A program made the position numbers and the translations under genes. From assembly GCA_030147845.1 (NCBI GenBank), contig JASBUN010000051.1:33146-97145 (forward strand): a stretch of DNA of 64,000 nucleotides, read 5' to 3'. Below the pieces are notes generated by a model. The model saw only the letters and a list, made by a program, of their open reading frames with translations, ran no database searches and was not told the origin of the DNA. Shown piece after piece: positions 9,758 to 20,426 of the stretch. Source of the DNA: Gammaproteobacteria bacterium. GTDB lineage: Bacteria > Pseudomonadota > Gammaproteobacteria > JASBUN01. Every line of letters starts with the position of its first letter. Positions within the stretch are counted from its first letter, which is position 1.

Positions 9758-10369
9758 TTAGTTGTCGTTAATAAGCTGTTTGAGATCGTGCGTGTACGAC
9801 TTGGCCGGATCGGTGCCGCGACCGAGTAGACGTACATCGCCTTTGCGGTCGAACACGAACACCGCGCTGCTATGCGAGACTTCGTAGTTGCCGTGCGCGT
9901 CCGCCTTACCCAGCCCATAGGTCACGCGATAACGCTTGGTCAGATAGCGCAGTTCCTTTTGATCGCCGCGCAAGCCGATGAACTGTGGGCCGAATGCTTG
10001 CACATAACTTTTCAGTACCGCTGTGGTATCCCGCGCCGGGTCGACGCTGACGAACAAAATGCGCACTGCGTTGGCTTCGGCCCCTAATTTACGCAGCGCT
10101 TGCGCCAGTGTGGCCAATGTCGTTGGGCAGATGTCAGGACAGTTCGTGTAGCCAAAATACAGGACCGGAATTTTGCCGCGTAAATCGGACGCCTGCAGTG
10201 TTTTACCGTCTTGATCGGTCAGTGTAAATTTGAGCTGTGGCATGATGCCGGTGATATTGGTCAAATCCCACTTCTGCGGACTACTGCAACCACTCACTGC
10301 CGTCAGTAACACCAGTACTAGGCCGGCGATGCGTGCTACCCGAGGTGCTCTCGTCTTAGGATGTGTCAT
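9758..10369 (-). CDS. SCO1/SenC-family copper chaperone (thioredoxin fold, lipoprotein).
   Basis: Lipobox VSGC. CxxxC copper-binding motif YFGYTNCPDICPTT plus a conserved downstream His. Overlaps the upstream PCuAC gene stop. Confidence 0.85.
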   Translation of the reverse strand: MTHPKTRAPRVARIAGLVLVLLTAVSGCSSPQKWDLTNITGIMPQLKFTLTDQDGKTLQASDLRGKIPVLYFGYTNCPDICPTTLATLAQALRKLGAEANAVRILFVSVDPARDTTAVLKSYVQAFGPQFIGLRGDQKELRYLTKRYRVTYGLGKADAHGNYEVSHSSAVFVFDRKGDVRLLGRGTDPAKSYTHDLKQLINDN

Positions 10370-10848
10370 CACTGTGCCCCCACCGGCACGACCTTGAATT
10401 CGACCGTGAGTGCGCCGGAGTTTTTGAACTGCAGTTGAATCGGAACCGTATCGCCGACCGATAGTGATTGTTGGCGACCCATGAGCATGAGATGGTAGCT
10501 GCCTGGGCGAAAGTGCACCGATTTTCGCGGTTGTATGGTCAGCTTGGCCACCGGCGCCATTTTACTCATGCCGTCCGATTCGAAACTACGATGCATCATG
10601 ATTTGCTTGAATGAGCCGCTGATGGCGCCGGTTAATGTCACCGGCGCGGAGCCGTCATTGGTGAGCGTGAAGTAGCCAGCCAAAGGCAGGTTGCCCGGCA
10701 GCAGCCGCACCCGCGCCTGCGTGATGACTACGGAGGGTACCGGCGCAGCATTGGCGACAGCGCATGACAGCAGCAACGCCAACATCATACTACCGCGTCC
10801 GTGCGTACCGGAAATACTGACGTGCTTTTGCCAATGTATGCGCTGCAT
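10369..10848 (-). CDS. PCu(A)C periplasmic copper chaperone (DUF461).
   Basis: ATG at 10848 with GAGGAGA upstream. Signal peptide. Met/His-rich copper site (MMH...M...H.M), characteristic of PCuAC proteins that partner with SCO1. Confidence 0.8.
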   Translation of the reverse strand: MQRIHWQKHVSISGTHGRGSMMLALLLSCAVANAAPVPSVVITQARVRLLPGNLPLAGYFTLTNDGSAPVTLTGAISGSFKQIMMHRSFESDGMSKMAPVAKLTIQPRKSVHFRPGSYHLMLMGRQQSLSVGDTVPIQLQFKNSGALTVEFKVVPVGAQ

Positions 10849-10872
10849 GCGTTTGTCTCCTCGTTGTCGGTA

Positions 10873-11730
10873 TCAAGCCAGTTCGGATTTAACCAAAGCG
10901 GCGCCGGGCGAACGCCGTCGTGCGCTGTCGCGCAACCACATACGTAGCACCACCACGGCGGCGATGACGCTCATCATACTGGTTGGGATCCAGGTGATCA
11001 GGCCGCCGATTTCCTGATCGACCAATGGGCTGATCGGCCACGCGCGTCCGCAAACGTTGTAGACGTCGTAGACGATCGAGTGATGCAGCGCAATATAGGC
11101 GCCGAGCACGATTTGCGGCATCGTGATAGCCCACAACAGTAAAATACGCCAACCGAAACCCAGGCCACCGCGCTCACGCGCATTGGGATTTACGATCAGC
11201 CACCAGAACAGCAGACCGTCGAGTAGCATGCTCCAATTCATGACCTGATAACGCGTCAGGCTCAGCATCGCTTTGAAGTGAATTTCGGGCATCAACCAGA
11301 AATAGATTAAGCCGACGAACAGGCCGGCGGCGACGATCGGGTGTTGCAGGAAACGGTAGGCGGCCTGTACCACGCGGCTGCGCCATACGGGAACCAGCAG
11401 GCGATGCGCGAAGTGCGGCAAACCGCGCGCCATGGCCGCTTGTGGTGCAGCCAACATGAGCAGGAACGGCCCGGTATGGTGTAACACCAGATGCTGGGCG
11501 CGGTGAACCCAAAACATATGCTGTGAGTAGTAATCGATACGAGTCTGCATGACTACGTATATGGCAATCAAACCGACGAAGAACGACAACCATCGCCAAA
11601 TGCCGGGGCGCGCCTCGTCCGGCCCCATCGCCAGTGAGCCGCGCACGAATAACACCGCCGACAGTAGGCAAACCGCCAATACTGTCGGCGAGAAATCGTA
11701 CGGCGTCATAAACGCAATGAATGTGGACAT
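10873..11730 (-). CDS. Cytochrome c oxidase assembly factor CtaG (caa3-type CtaG, PF09678), a polytopic membrane protein.
   Basis: About 7 transmembrane helices with multiple conserved His and Trp residues. Lies directly upstream of PCuAC-SCO1 on the same strand, forming a copper-delivery operon. Alternative start at 11760. Confidence 0.65.
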   Translation of the reverse strand: MSTFIAFMTPYDFSPTVLAVCLLSAVLFVRGSLAMGPDEARPGIWRWLSFFVGLIAIYVVMQTRIDYYSQHMFWVHRAQHLVLHHTGPFLLMLAAPQAAMARGLPHFAHRLLVPVWRSRVVQAAYRFLQHPIVAAGLFVGLIYFWLMPEIHFKAMLSLTRYQVMNWSMLLDGLLFWWLIVNPNARERGGLGFGWRILLLWAITMPQIVLGAYIALHHSIVYDVYNVCGRAWPISPLVDQEIGGLITWIPTSMMSVIAAVVVLRMWLRDSARRRSPGAALVKSELA

Positions 11731-11953
11731 CGGTGGTCCGAAACGGTGCGCGAGTCGCAACCGGCGTCAAGCAGCGCGCCGGGTGCTTTCCGGCGCAGAT
11801 GGTAGCAGAGCGTAGCGACCGCGTACACCCGGAGTCCGTCTCGCAACCCGCAAAAAAGCGTGCAAACGGCGTTCTTGAGTATGTATGCAGCCATGCTGGG
11901 TGCGCCGTTTCCGCGTCCGTGGCAGAATCTCCGCTCGACGCCGAAGGCGGTCC

Positions 11954-14900
11954 ATGAATGTGGTGCCCATGTCTAATCATTTTATCCATATAAAAGGTGC
12001 CAGGCAGAACAACCTCAAAGGCTTTGATTTACGGCTGCCGCTGCACGAGCTGATTGTCATCACCGGCGTCAGCGGTTCGGGGAAATCCTCGCTGGCTTTC
12101 GATACCGTATATGCGGAGGGACAGCGCCGCTACGTCGAGACCTTCTCGCCATATGCGCGTCAATTTCTCGATCGCATGGATAAGCCGAAAGTCGAGCGCG
12201 TCGACGGCATACCGCCGTCCATTGCGATTGATCAGACTAACCCGGTGCGTACCTCGCGCTCCACGGTCGGCACCATGACCGAGCTCAACGATCATCTGAA
12301 ATTGCTGTTTGCACGCGCCGCGCGATTGTATTGTCGCGACTGCGCGCAGCCGGTGACGCGCGACGATGCCAATAGTATTTTCGAACAGTTGCTTGGGCTT
12401 GCCGCAAACGCCGACGCCGCAATGGTGATGGTGACGTTTCCAATCACGGTACCGGAAAATTTTTCTGAACGAGAGGTGCGCGAGCTATTGGCGCGTCAGG
12501 GTTACGGGCGCGTACATCGCCGGCACGGAAGTCGACTGGATGTCGTACAGGATCGGGTGCGCGCTTCGGCAGCGCAGCGTGATCGCCTGGTCGAGGCGTT
12601 AGAAGCTGCGCTCAAATATGGCCAGGGCTACGTCAGTGTCTATCCCCTCGACGCCGATCGCAAAGCGGGGAAGCCGTGGCATTTTTCCGCTGCTCTACAC
12701 TGCGCCGAATGCGATATCGATTATGCCGAACCGACGCCGAATTTGTTTTCGTTCAACTCGCCGGTCGGCGCCTGCCCGACTTGCCGCGGATTCGGGCGCA
12801 CCATGGGCATCGATTACGACTTGGTCGTACCCGATGGTTCCAGGACTTTGGCCGGCGGCGCCATCAAGCCGTGGCAGACCGACAGCTATATCGAGTGTCA
12901 GCGTGATCTAACGCGCTTTGCGCGCCTACGTGGTGTTCCGCTCGAGGTGCCGTGGAACAAGCTCTCCAAAGCGCATCAACAATGGGTTTTGGAAGGCGAG
13001 GGCGAGTGGGACGATGGTAAATGGTACGGCGTGCGACGTTTCTTCGCTTGGCTTGAAACCAAAAGCTACAAAATGCACATTCGCGTGTTGCTGTCCAAGT
13101 ACCGCGCGTACGATGCCTGCCCTGATTGCGGCGGCGCGCGCTTGAAGACCGCTGCGCTGTTGTGGCGCGTTGGCGACGAGCACAATGCCGCGCGAGTTTT
13201 ACCCGTGGAACAGCGCTTTTCGCCGGCCGGTATCGGTTGTGCGAGCGCGCGCTTTCGCGCGCTTCCAGGGTTGACTCTGCATGATGTAATGCAACTTCCC
13301 ATCGAGCGCTGTCGCGAATTCTTTGAACATATCCATCTGCCGACACCCATGGACCAGGCGGCCGACGTATTACTCGGTGAAATTCGCGCACGACTTCGTT
13401 ATCTCGGCCAGGTAGGGCTGGACTATCTAAGTTTGGATCGGCAATCGCGTACGTTGAGCGGTGGCGAAGTGCAGCGCATCAATTTGACTACCGCGCTGGG
13501 AACTTCGCTGGTCAATACGCTGTTTGTGCTCGATGAGCCGAGCGTCGGCTTGCATCCGCGCGATATGCAGCGGGTGGTGAGCATATTGCATCAACTGCGC
13601 GATGCCGGAAATTCGCTGTTGGTGGTAGAGCACGACCCGCAAGTCATGTTGGCCGCCGACCGCGTGTTGGACTTGGGACCCGGGCCGGGCGAGCAAGGCG
13701 GTGAAGTGGTTTTTTTCGGCACGCCAAAACAGCTGCTGCGCTCTCGCCGATCGTTGACAGCCGATTACTTGGCAGGCCGCACGACGGTCGGCGGCGATGC
13801 TGGAAGGCGCGCTGAGCTACCGTCTTCGGCGCACGATTCAATACAAATTGTTGGGGCGGCTGAAAATAATCTCAAAGTCATCGACGTGTCGATTCCTTTG
13901 CATCAGTTGGTGTGCATTACCGGCGTTAGCGGTTCGGGCAAGTCGACCCTGATCCAGGACGTGTTGTATAAGGCGCTGCGCAAACTCAAGGGCCGGCCGG
14001 TGGAGCCCGCCGGCGCGCATCGCGCCATCCGCGGCCATGAGAGAATCGACGACGTAGTGCTGGTGGACCAGTCGCCAATAGGCAAAACGACGCGCTCCAA
14101 CCCGGCTAGCTACGTCGGTGCGCTCGACGCTATTCGCAAACTATTTGCCGCGCAACCGTTGGCGCGTGCGCGCGGCTATAGCGCCGGTACATTCAGCTTT
14201 AATTCCGGTACCGGGCGTTGTCCGACCTGCGGTGGGAACGGATTCGAACACGTTGAAATGCAGTTCTTGAGCGATGTCTATATTCGCTGCCCGGACTGCG
14301 ACGGCACGCGCTATCGTCCTGAAGTACTTGAGGTCAAACTACTGCCGTCCGCGGGCGGGATGGCGGCGCCGGTTTCGATTGCCGGCGTCCTAGAGATGAC
14401 TGTATCGGAGGCGGTGACGTGGTTCGCCGATCATGCCGAGATAATACGCGTTCTGGGACCGCTGCAGGCCGTAGGGCTGAGCTACCTGCGCTTGGGTCAG
14501 CCGGTGCCGACGCTGAGCGGTGGTGAGGCGCAACGGCTGAAGCTGGCGGGTCATCTCGCGCGCGCGCGCGGCGCCAAGTCCGACGGCACCACGTTGTTCA
14601 TTTTTGATGAGCCCACTACCGGCTTGCATTTCGACGATATTGCCCGTTTGTTGCGAGCCTTTGATGCATTGCTCGAACAGGGGCATTCGTTGGTGGTCAT
14701 CGAGCATAATCTGGACGTAATCGGGGCCGCCGATTGGATCGTTGATCTGGGGCCAGAGGGCGGCGATGCCGGCGGCAGCGTGGTATATGTTGGTACGCCC
14801 GCGGCGTTGACGCGCACTGGCGTTAGTCATACCGGCGTCGCGTTACGCCAATATCAGCGCGCACGCGGGCTTGCGGCATCGGCGGCTCAGGTGGTCGATG

Positions 14901-17575
14901 ACGGTAAGCCGGCATCGACATCGAGCACGCCCAGAGCCGGCACTGCAATCCGCATACGCAATGCTCGTGAGCATAATCTGCGCGGCATCGATGTTGATAT
15001 CCCACTGGACAAATTTACGGTTATTACCGGTGTCAGCGGCAGCGGCAAGAGTACGCTGGCGTTCGATATTCTGTTCGGTGAGGGGCAGCGGCGTTATCTG
15101 GAATCGCTCAACGCCTACGCGCGTCAGTTCGTACAGCCTTCGGCGCGTCCCGATGTCGACGCGATCACGGGAATACCGCCGACGGTGGCTATCGAGCAGC
15201 GTACCAGCCGCGGCGGCCGCAAGAGTACCGTGGCGACCTTGACCGAGATTTACCACTTTTTGCGGCTCCTGTTCGTCAAGCTCGGAACCCAATACTGTCC
15301 GGACTGCGATATACCGATCGAGGCACAGAGTGCGGAGACCATCCTAGCGCGCATCCTGCAGCAGTTTCGTGGCCGACAGGTCACGTTGTTTGCGCCTCTG
15401 GTGGTGGCGCGTAAGGGCTACTACACCGAGCTCGCGCAGTGGGCGGCCGGCAAAGGCTATGCGCAACTACGCGTCGATGGGGTGATGACGCCGACCGGGC
15501 AGTGGCCACGCCTGGAGCGTTTTCGTGAGCACAGTATCGATTTGCCGGTTGCCAGCATGGTGATATCGGCCAAGACCGAAGCGGAGTTGCGCGCTGTGCT
15601 CGCGCATGCCTTGGAGTTAGGTAAAGGCGTAGTTGAGGTACAGGCCTTGCAAAAGCGTCCGCGCGCCGCCGCTGCAAGCAACGCCGGTTGCGCCGTATTC
15701 TCGGTTCATCGCGCCTGCCCCGGTTGTGGACGCAGCTTCAAGGAGCTTGATCCGCGTCTGTTCTCATACAACTCCAAGCACGGTTGGTGCGAGCACTGCT
15801 ACGGCACCGGACTGCTGTTGACTGGATTCGATGCCGAGCAAAGCGGTGAGGAGATTCAATGGAACCAGTGGTGGGAAGGTGAAGCACGCACTTGTCCGAG
15901 CTGTGACGGTCATCGTCTGCGTGCCGAGGCATTGGCGGTGCGCGTTGACGGTCACTCCATCGGCGAGTATACGCGCTTGACGGTGCAACAGGCCGGAAGC
16001 GCGTTCGGTGCGTTGCGGCTACGCGGGCGCGCGGGTGAAATAGGGCGCGATATCATTCCTGAACTGCGTTCACGATTGTCCTTCTTGGTCGAAGTAGGGT
16101 TGGGGTATTTGTCGCTGGATCGTTCCGCGCCTACCTTGAGCGGTGGTGAGGCGCAGCGCATCCGTTTGGCCGCGCAACTGGGTTCCAATCTACGCGGCGT
16201 GTGTTACGTCCTTGATGAACCCACCATCGGTCTGCATCCGCGTGACAATCGCATGTTGCTGGCGACGCTCGGCAAACTAGCCGCTAAAGGCAACACCATT
16301 GTCGTTGTCGAGCACGACGAAGATACAATCCGCCGAGCCGAGCATGTCATCGACTTGGGACCCGGGGCCGGGGTCGATGGTGGTCGCCTGGTCGCTACCG
16401 GGACGCTCAAATCGATTATGGCGGCGCCGGATTCGGTAACCGGCCGGTTTTTGTCTATGCCGCTGGGTCATCCTCTGCAGCGGCAACGGCCAGTGGCCAC
16501 CAAGCAACCGGCCTTACGAATCGTCGGTGCTGATTTGCACAATTTACGGCGCCTAAGCGCACGCTTTCCGCTGCAACGATTGCTGTGCGTTACCGGGGTC
16601 AGTGGCAGCGGCAAGAGTACGCTGGTACGGCAGGTGTTGCGTGAAAATTTGCAGCGCTTATTGTCCCGCGGCAAACGTCGTAAGGCGGCGTCGGTACCGT
16701 TAGTCGGTTGCCGCGAATTACGTGGTTGGGAGATGATCGACCGCGTATTGGAGGTCGATCAGACGCCGATCGGCAAGACGCCGCGCTCGTGCCCGGCAAC
16801 CTATGTCGGTTTTTGGGACCAGGTGCGGCGTTTGTACGCCGACACCACTGAGGCGCGTATACGGGCTTTCGGTCCAAGCCGATTCTCGTTCAATGTCAAA
16901 GGCGGCCGTTGTCCGGCGTGCGACGGTCAAGGTGTAAAGCGCATTGAGATGAGTTTTCTTCCCGATGTGATCGTGCCTTGCGAGGTGTGTGCCGGCGCGC
17001 GTTTTACGCCGGACACCTTGTTGGTGAAGTACAAAGAGCGCTCCATCGCTGATGTCCTGGCAATGAGCGTAAATGAGGCGACCGATTTTTTTTCCGCGCA
17101 TGCCAAAATTCATCATGCCTTACAACTGCTGCAGGATGTCGGACTGGGCTACCTGCGCCTAGGTCAGCCAAGCCCGACCCTCAGTGGCGGCGAGGCACAG
17201 CGCATTAAACTGGTTACCGAATTGGCCAAGGCGCAACCGATACGCGGCGTCGGGCCGATTGGCAAGCATACCTTATATATATTGGACGAGCCGACCATCG
17301 GCTTGCATATGGCCGATGTCGAAAAGTTAGTGCGCGTTCTGCATCGCTTGGTGGATGCAGGCAATACCGTGCTGGTTATCGAGCATAATCTGGACGTCGT
17401 TGCCGAGGCCGATTGGTTAATCGACTTGGGACCTGAAGGCGGTGACGGCGGCGGCCGCATCGTCGTCCAGGGCGCGCCGCAATCGGTCGCACAGAAACGA
17501 CGCTCGGCGTCACATACGGCATCCGCGCTGGCTCAATTTCTGCGTCAACGCCGTTGCCCTAAAGGCGGTAAGTGA
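11954..17575 (+). CDS. Tandem-duplicated UvrA-like ABC ATPase (about 1870 aa). It consists of two complete UvrA units, giving four nucleotide-binding modules, and looks like a single-chain UvrA dimer.
   Basis: Unit 1 (aa ~30-980) contains ARQNNLKGF, Walker [15 protein letters not shown], Zn modules (CRDC...[18 protein letters not shown]), signature LSGGE twice, and Walker B/D-loops. Unit 2 (aa ~1000-1890) repeats the whole architecture ([48 protein letters not shown] twice, [14 protein letters not shown]). Both units retain a UvrB-binding-domain-like insert (QGYGRVH.../[10 protein letters not shown]...). Start is the ATG at 11954 (AAGGCGG upstream); alternative ATG at 11969. Confidence 0.85.
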   Translation: MNVVPMSNHFIHIKGARQNNLKGFDLRLPLHELIVITGVSGSGKSSLAFDTVYAEGQRRYVETFSPYARQFLDRMDKPKVERVDGIPPSIAIDQTNPVRTSRSTVGTMTELNDHLKLLFARAARLYCRDCAQPVTRDDANSIFEQLLGLAANADAAMVMVTFPITVPENFSEREVRELLARQGYGRVHRRHGSRLDVVQDRVRASAAQRDRLVEALEAALKYGQGYVSVYPLDADRKAGKPWHFSAALHCAECDIDYAEPTPNLFSFNSPVGACPTCRGFGRTMGIDYDLVVPDGSRTLAGGAIKPWQTDSYIECQRDLTRFARLRGVPLEVPWNKLSKAHQQWVLEGEGEWDDGKWYGVRRFFAWLETKSYKMHIRVLLSKYRAYDACPDCGGARLKTAALLWRVGDEHNAARVLPVEQRFSPAGIGCASARFRALPGLTLHDVMQLPIERCREFFEHIHLPTPMDQAADVLLGEIRARLRYLGQVGLDYLSLDRQSRTLSGGEVQRINLTTALGTSLVNTLFVLDEPSVGLHPRDMQRVVSILHQLRDAGNSLLVVEHDPQVMLAADRVLDLGPGPGEQGGEVVFFGTPKQLLRSRRSLTADYLAGRTTVGGDAGRRAELPSSAHDSIQIVGAAENNLKVIDVSIPLHQLVCITGVSGSGKSTLIQDVLYKALRKLKGRPVEPAGAHRAIRGHERIDDVVLVDQSPIGKTTRSNPASYVGALDAIRKLFAAQPLARARGYSAGTFSFNSGTGRCPTCGGNGFEHVEMQFLSDVYIRCPDCDGTRYRPEVLEVKLLPSAGGMAAPVSIAGVLEMTVSEAVTWFADHAEIIRVLGPLQAVGLSYLRLGQPVPTLSGGEAQRLKLAGHLARARGAKSDGTTLFIFDEPTTGLHFDDIARLLRAFDALLEQGHSLVVIEHNLDVIGAADWIVDLGPEGGDAGGSVVYVGTPAALTRTGVSHTGVALRQYQRARGLAASAAQVVDDGKPASTSSTPRAGTAIRIRNAREHNLRGIDVDIPLDKFTVITGVSGSGKSTLAFDILFGEGQRRYLESLNAYARQFVQPSARPDVDAITGIPPTVAIEQRTSRGGRKSTVATLTEIYHFLRLLFVKLGTQYCPDCDIPIEAQSAETILARILQQFRGRQVTLFAPLVVARKGYYTELAQWAAGKGYAQLRVDGVMTPTGQWPRLERFREHSIDLPVASMVISAKTEAELRAVLAHALELGKGVVEVQALQKRPRAAAASNAGCAVFSVHRACPGCGRSFKELDPRLFSYNSKHGWCEHCYGTGLLLTGFDAEQSGEEIQWNQWWEGEARTCPSCDGHRLRAEALAVRVDGHSIGEYTRLTVQQAGSAFGALRLRGRAGEIGRDIIPELRSRLSFLVEVGLGYLSLDRSAPTLSGGEAQRIRLAAQLGSNLRGVCYVLDEPTIGLHPRDNRMLLATLGKLAAKGNTIVVVEHDEDTIRRAEHVIDLGPGAGVDGGRLVATGTLKSIMAAPDSVTGRFLSMPLGHPLQRQRPVATKQPALRIVGADLHNLRRLSARFPLQRLLCVTGVSGSGKSTLVRQVLRENLQRLLSRGKRRKAASVPLVGCRELRGWEMIDRVLEVDQTPIGKTPRSCPATYVGFWDQVRRLYADTTEARIRAFGPSRFSFNVKGGRCPACDGQGVKRIEMSFLPDVIVPCEVCAGARFTPDTLLVKYKERSIADVLAMSVNEATDFFSAHAKIHHALQLLQDVGLGYLRLGQPSPTLSGGEAQRIKLVTELAKAQPIRGVGPIGKHTLYILDEPTIGLHMADVEKLVRVLHRLVDAGNTVLVIEHNLDVVAEADWLIDLGPEGGDGGGRIVVQGAPQSVAQKRRSASHTASALAQFLRQRRCPKGGK

Positions 17576-17746
17576 TTTGAACGAACGCTGTCGTCGATGA
17601 ATTATTTTGCATCAAATGACGCAAATTTTTCTCTTTACATGCGATCGTTGTAATCGTAAATGTAGGCCGCATTTCGACTGGTGCTGGCGGTGGATTGAGA
17701 CCAGCCCGATGTCCGCGACGCTACAATTTTTTTTGGTGAGAAGAGC

Positions 17747-17971
17747 ATGACAGAACGCGACTTTTGCGCTATCGAATTCGACAACCTCGACAACGCTGCG
17801 GCGCGAGCGCAACGCGTCGGCGATTCGACCGGCACCTCGATGAGGAAGGCCGGCGCCCGCTCGATGGCGAACGACGAGCAACGGCAGCGCGTAGCGCGAC
17901 GTCAGTTGGAGCACTATCTCGATAGCAGGCGCCTGGATTCGGCGCTGCGTGACGTGTTCGATGAATCGTAA
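17747..17971 (+). CDS. Small hypothetical protein (74 aa), paralogous to the 60-aa ORF at 29795.
   Basis: ATG at 17747. C-terminal half DEQRQRVARRQLEHYLDSRRLDSALRDVFDES aligns with DQVRQAEARRRLEEYREQQMLRVNISDVFTDDQS of the ORF at 29795..29977. The ribosome-binding site is weak. Confidence 0.4.
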   Translation: MTERDFCAIEFDNLDNAAARAQRVGDSTGTSMRKAGARSMANDEQRQRVARRQLEHYLDSRRLDSALRDVFDES

Positions 17972-18072
17972 TCGCGTATTACGCTTAACGCCGCTTTACT
18001 GCGCGTAAATTGCGCTTGTTGGCCGCGTTCCACCTTGTTGTTATGTCCTAGGCCGAGTCAGTCAGCATTTCC

Positions 18073-18942
18073 CTACTTGGCGGGACTGCCGGCGGCGCCG
18101 CCGTCAGCGGTAAAATAACTGAGTACGCGCACAATTAAATCACATTTTCCGGGGTTGAGAGGATGTGCGGCATAGGCATAGCGCATAATCTCGGGCGCAT
18201 CTTGTACTAGGAACAGGCGTCCATCGGCGATCTCGCGAGTGACACTGGCGCGCGCCAAGTACGCCGCTCCGCCGCATGCCAGCAAGAACGAGCGCGCCAC
18301 TCGGCCGTGACTGACCCGTATCCGTGGCGACGGCGCGTCGGGGAAATGCCGCGCGTGCGCGACCGCGAAAGAGGTTCCCCAGTCCACCAGCACGTAGTCC
18401 GTGGAAATAGCTTGTTGTGCGGTTTGCCCTGGTTGCGTCGATACCATCGCCAACGGCACGGCGAAAACTTCCGTGACCGCTAACTGCGCCATCTGCGGCG
18501 ACTCGAACAGAAACGCGAGATCGATCGCGCCCTCCTGCAGCCGGCGCATGAGCAAGTCCTGATTCATGACTTCCACTTGCAGTGATGCGTCCGGCACGGC
18601 GCTATGCAGCCAATGCAGCCAGTCTTGCAGAGCGACGTCCCACAGACTGGGAACACCGCCCACCGTTAACGGCACCTGAGAGACATCTTCGACCACGATT
18701 TCCTGACGGGCGCGGTTCCAGCTGTTGAGAATGCGTTCGGCGTGGATGACCAACTTCTGGCCGGTTGCGGTCAGTTGTATATCGTTGCGCGTACGTGTGA
18801 ACAGCGGCACGCCGACCAAGTCCTCAAGCTGCCGGACGCGGGCACTAACGGCCGACTGGCTTACGTAAAGATTGTCCGCGGCGTGCCCGAAGTGGCGCGT
18901 CCGGTTGACTTCGAGAAATGTTTTCAGCAGCTCCGTATCCAT
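18073..18942 (-). CDS. hdfR: LysR-family transcriptional regulator, HdfR-like.
   Basis: N-terminus MDTELLKTFLEVNRTRHFGHAADNLYVSQSAVSARVRQLEDLVGVPLFTR closely matches E. coli HdfR. LysR substrate-binding domain follows. Start at ATG 18942. Confidence 0.8.
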   Translation of the reverse strand: MDTELLKTFLEVNRTRHFGHAADNLYVSQSAVSARVRQLEDLVGVPLFTRTRNDIQLTATGQKLVIHAERILNSWNRARQEIVVEDVSQVPLTVGGVPSLWDVALQDWLHWLHSAVPDASLQVEVMNQDLLMRRLQEGAIDLAFLFESPQMAQLAVTEVFAVPLAMVSTQPGQTAQQAISTDYVLVDWGTSFAVAHARHFPDAPSPRIRVSHGRVARSFLLACGGAAYLARASVTREIADGRLFLVQDAPEIMRYAYAAHPLNPGKCDLIVRVLSYFTADGGAAGSPAK

Positions 18943-19466
18943 GTTGGCTCGGCGGTTCGTGAATCGGCGGTGCAGATGGTTACGGGAGCTATGTACATGG
19001 ATTCGGCATAGGGCGCAAGAGGAAACGACAAAAACCAATCAGTGTCACGCCTATGCGTCCCGGTGTCGAATCGATTTTCCTATCAAACCGCGGCGGGATG
19101 CCGCGCCATTGATGCAACGCCGGTACGGCCTCCGTCCACCTGCTGCCGGCTCACGGTTATGCCGGCATGGTTGCCGACGCCGGCGCCAGGGCGGTGCAGC
19201 GCACGGCTAAAACCGCTCGCCGCAGGCCATGGCTCAATCCCGGGCGATGCGCCCGACCGTGATTCCGGCTACCGCTTCCGGTTTGCCCGACCGACCGGCG
19301 CCGCGCTGACTGAGCGGAGATTTGACCCGTCGTTTAAGTGGGGATCGAGCGATACTTCGCCAACCGTATTATGCGGTGCCGCCGTGATGCATCGGTTACA
19401 ATGCCTCAACGCACGTGGGCCCTGTGCATCGCCGGCGCCTGCACTTTCTAGCAAAAGAGTGACGAT

Positions 19467-19769
19467 ATGAAAACGGATAAGCGCTATGTGGGGATAGATG
19501 ACGACGTTGACGGCGCGATGACCCACATCGGCACCATCATTCGCGACGCTTGGGTGTTCGGCCTTATCCCCGAGACCGAAACATGCAAGGACTGGGACCT
19601 GGCACGTATTCAGGCGTTATACGATCAGGTCGACGCGGCATGGGAACCGTACGGGCATTTAGTCAGCCTACTACCGGCCGAACTGCGTGAGCGCCATGCG
19701 CGGATATATGATGCGGCGGTGGCGCGCGCCCGAGGACTGGGCTGGTCGCCGAATATGGAGGAAGGCTAG
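19467..19769 (+). CDS. Hypothetical protein (100 aa).
   Basis: ATG at 19467 with AAGAG upstream. Composition is protein-like. No recognisable domain. Confidence 0.45.
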   Translation: MKTDKRYVGIDDDVDGAMTHIGTIIRDAWVFGLIPETETCKDWDLARIQALYDQVDAAWEPYGHLVSLLPAELRERHARIYDAAVARARGLGWSPNMEEG

Positions 19770-20109
19770 GCGCGCGCGGTATCGTGGTTAGTGGTTTCCG
19801 GCGCGCCATGGCTAAACCTTACGGCAGTCGAGGGCAGTCTGGTCCAGTGATCAGCTTGCCGGCGGCATAAGGTGCCGGACCTGCTTCGATGCGGCTGGTT
19901 GGAAGCCGGGTCCGAGTGTACGGATTCGATACCACGACCGCGGTTACATTCATCTCGATCGGTTGTTCCTGCTTGGCGTCTTCCGGGTGCGATACGATAG
20001 ACCGCGCACGCCGAAGCGCGCGCCACGGTTACGACGGTTGGCGCGGCGCTCATGTTTGTCGGTATGCCGCCGCTGTATGAGCCAAGTCGCACGTTGTTAG
20101 GGATGCGTT

Positions 20110-20261
20110 GATTAACAGGTTGTTGAAAAACCCTCGGGCGGCGCCATGCGGCGTTGGAAAACGGCTCAAAATGCTCATTTACTGATGTGTAAACTGCGCT
20201 TTCTCGCCGTGTTCCGCCTTGTCCGGCATCCACCGGAGACTTTTTCAACAACCTGTTAATC
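20110..20261. repeat. Perfect 21-bp inverted repeat (GATTAACAGGTTGTTGAAAAA) flanking a 110-bp spacer. It sits inside a ~120-bp imperfect direct repeat (about 20148-20236 and 20268-20360).
   Basis: Left arm 20110-20130 and right arm 20241-20261 are exact reverse complements. The direct-repeat copies share gcggcgttgg...tggaaa...tgtg(t/c)aaactgcgctt(t/c)ct(c/t)gccg...ttccgccttg. Confidence 0.6.
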
Positions 20262-20426
20262 CGCGGAGCGGCGTTGGCTATATTGGAAAGCGCGCGGAAT
20301 GCATATTTTCTGTGTGCAAACTGCGCTTCCTTGCCGCTTTGCGCCTTGCCTACGTCCGCATGATCGAATCAATCAGAGCTGCTTTAGCTTGTCGTTATTG
20401 TTGTGGGTTGTTACTGAGAGTTGAAA

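Noticed and set aside
12029-17460. Numerous 60-175-aa ORFs on both strands inside the UvrA-like gene (for example 12864..13391 and 14390..14830 minus, and 17164..17460 minus).
   Set aside because: All are antisense or out of frame relative to a continuous, motif-rich 1.87-kaa reading frame. Their Arg/Pro/Ala-rich composition is the signature of GC-rich noncoding frames.
19766-20251. 161-aa minus-strand ORF covering the intergenic repeat region.
   Set aside because: Low-complexity, Arg/Pro/Ser/Thr-rich translation with no ribosome-binding site. It spans the inverted repeat and direct repeat, which are better explained as noncoding elements.
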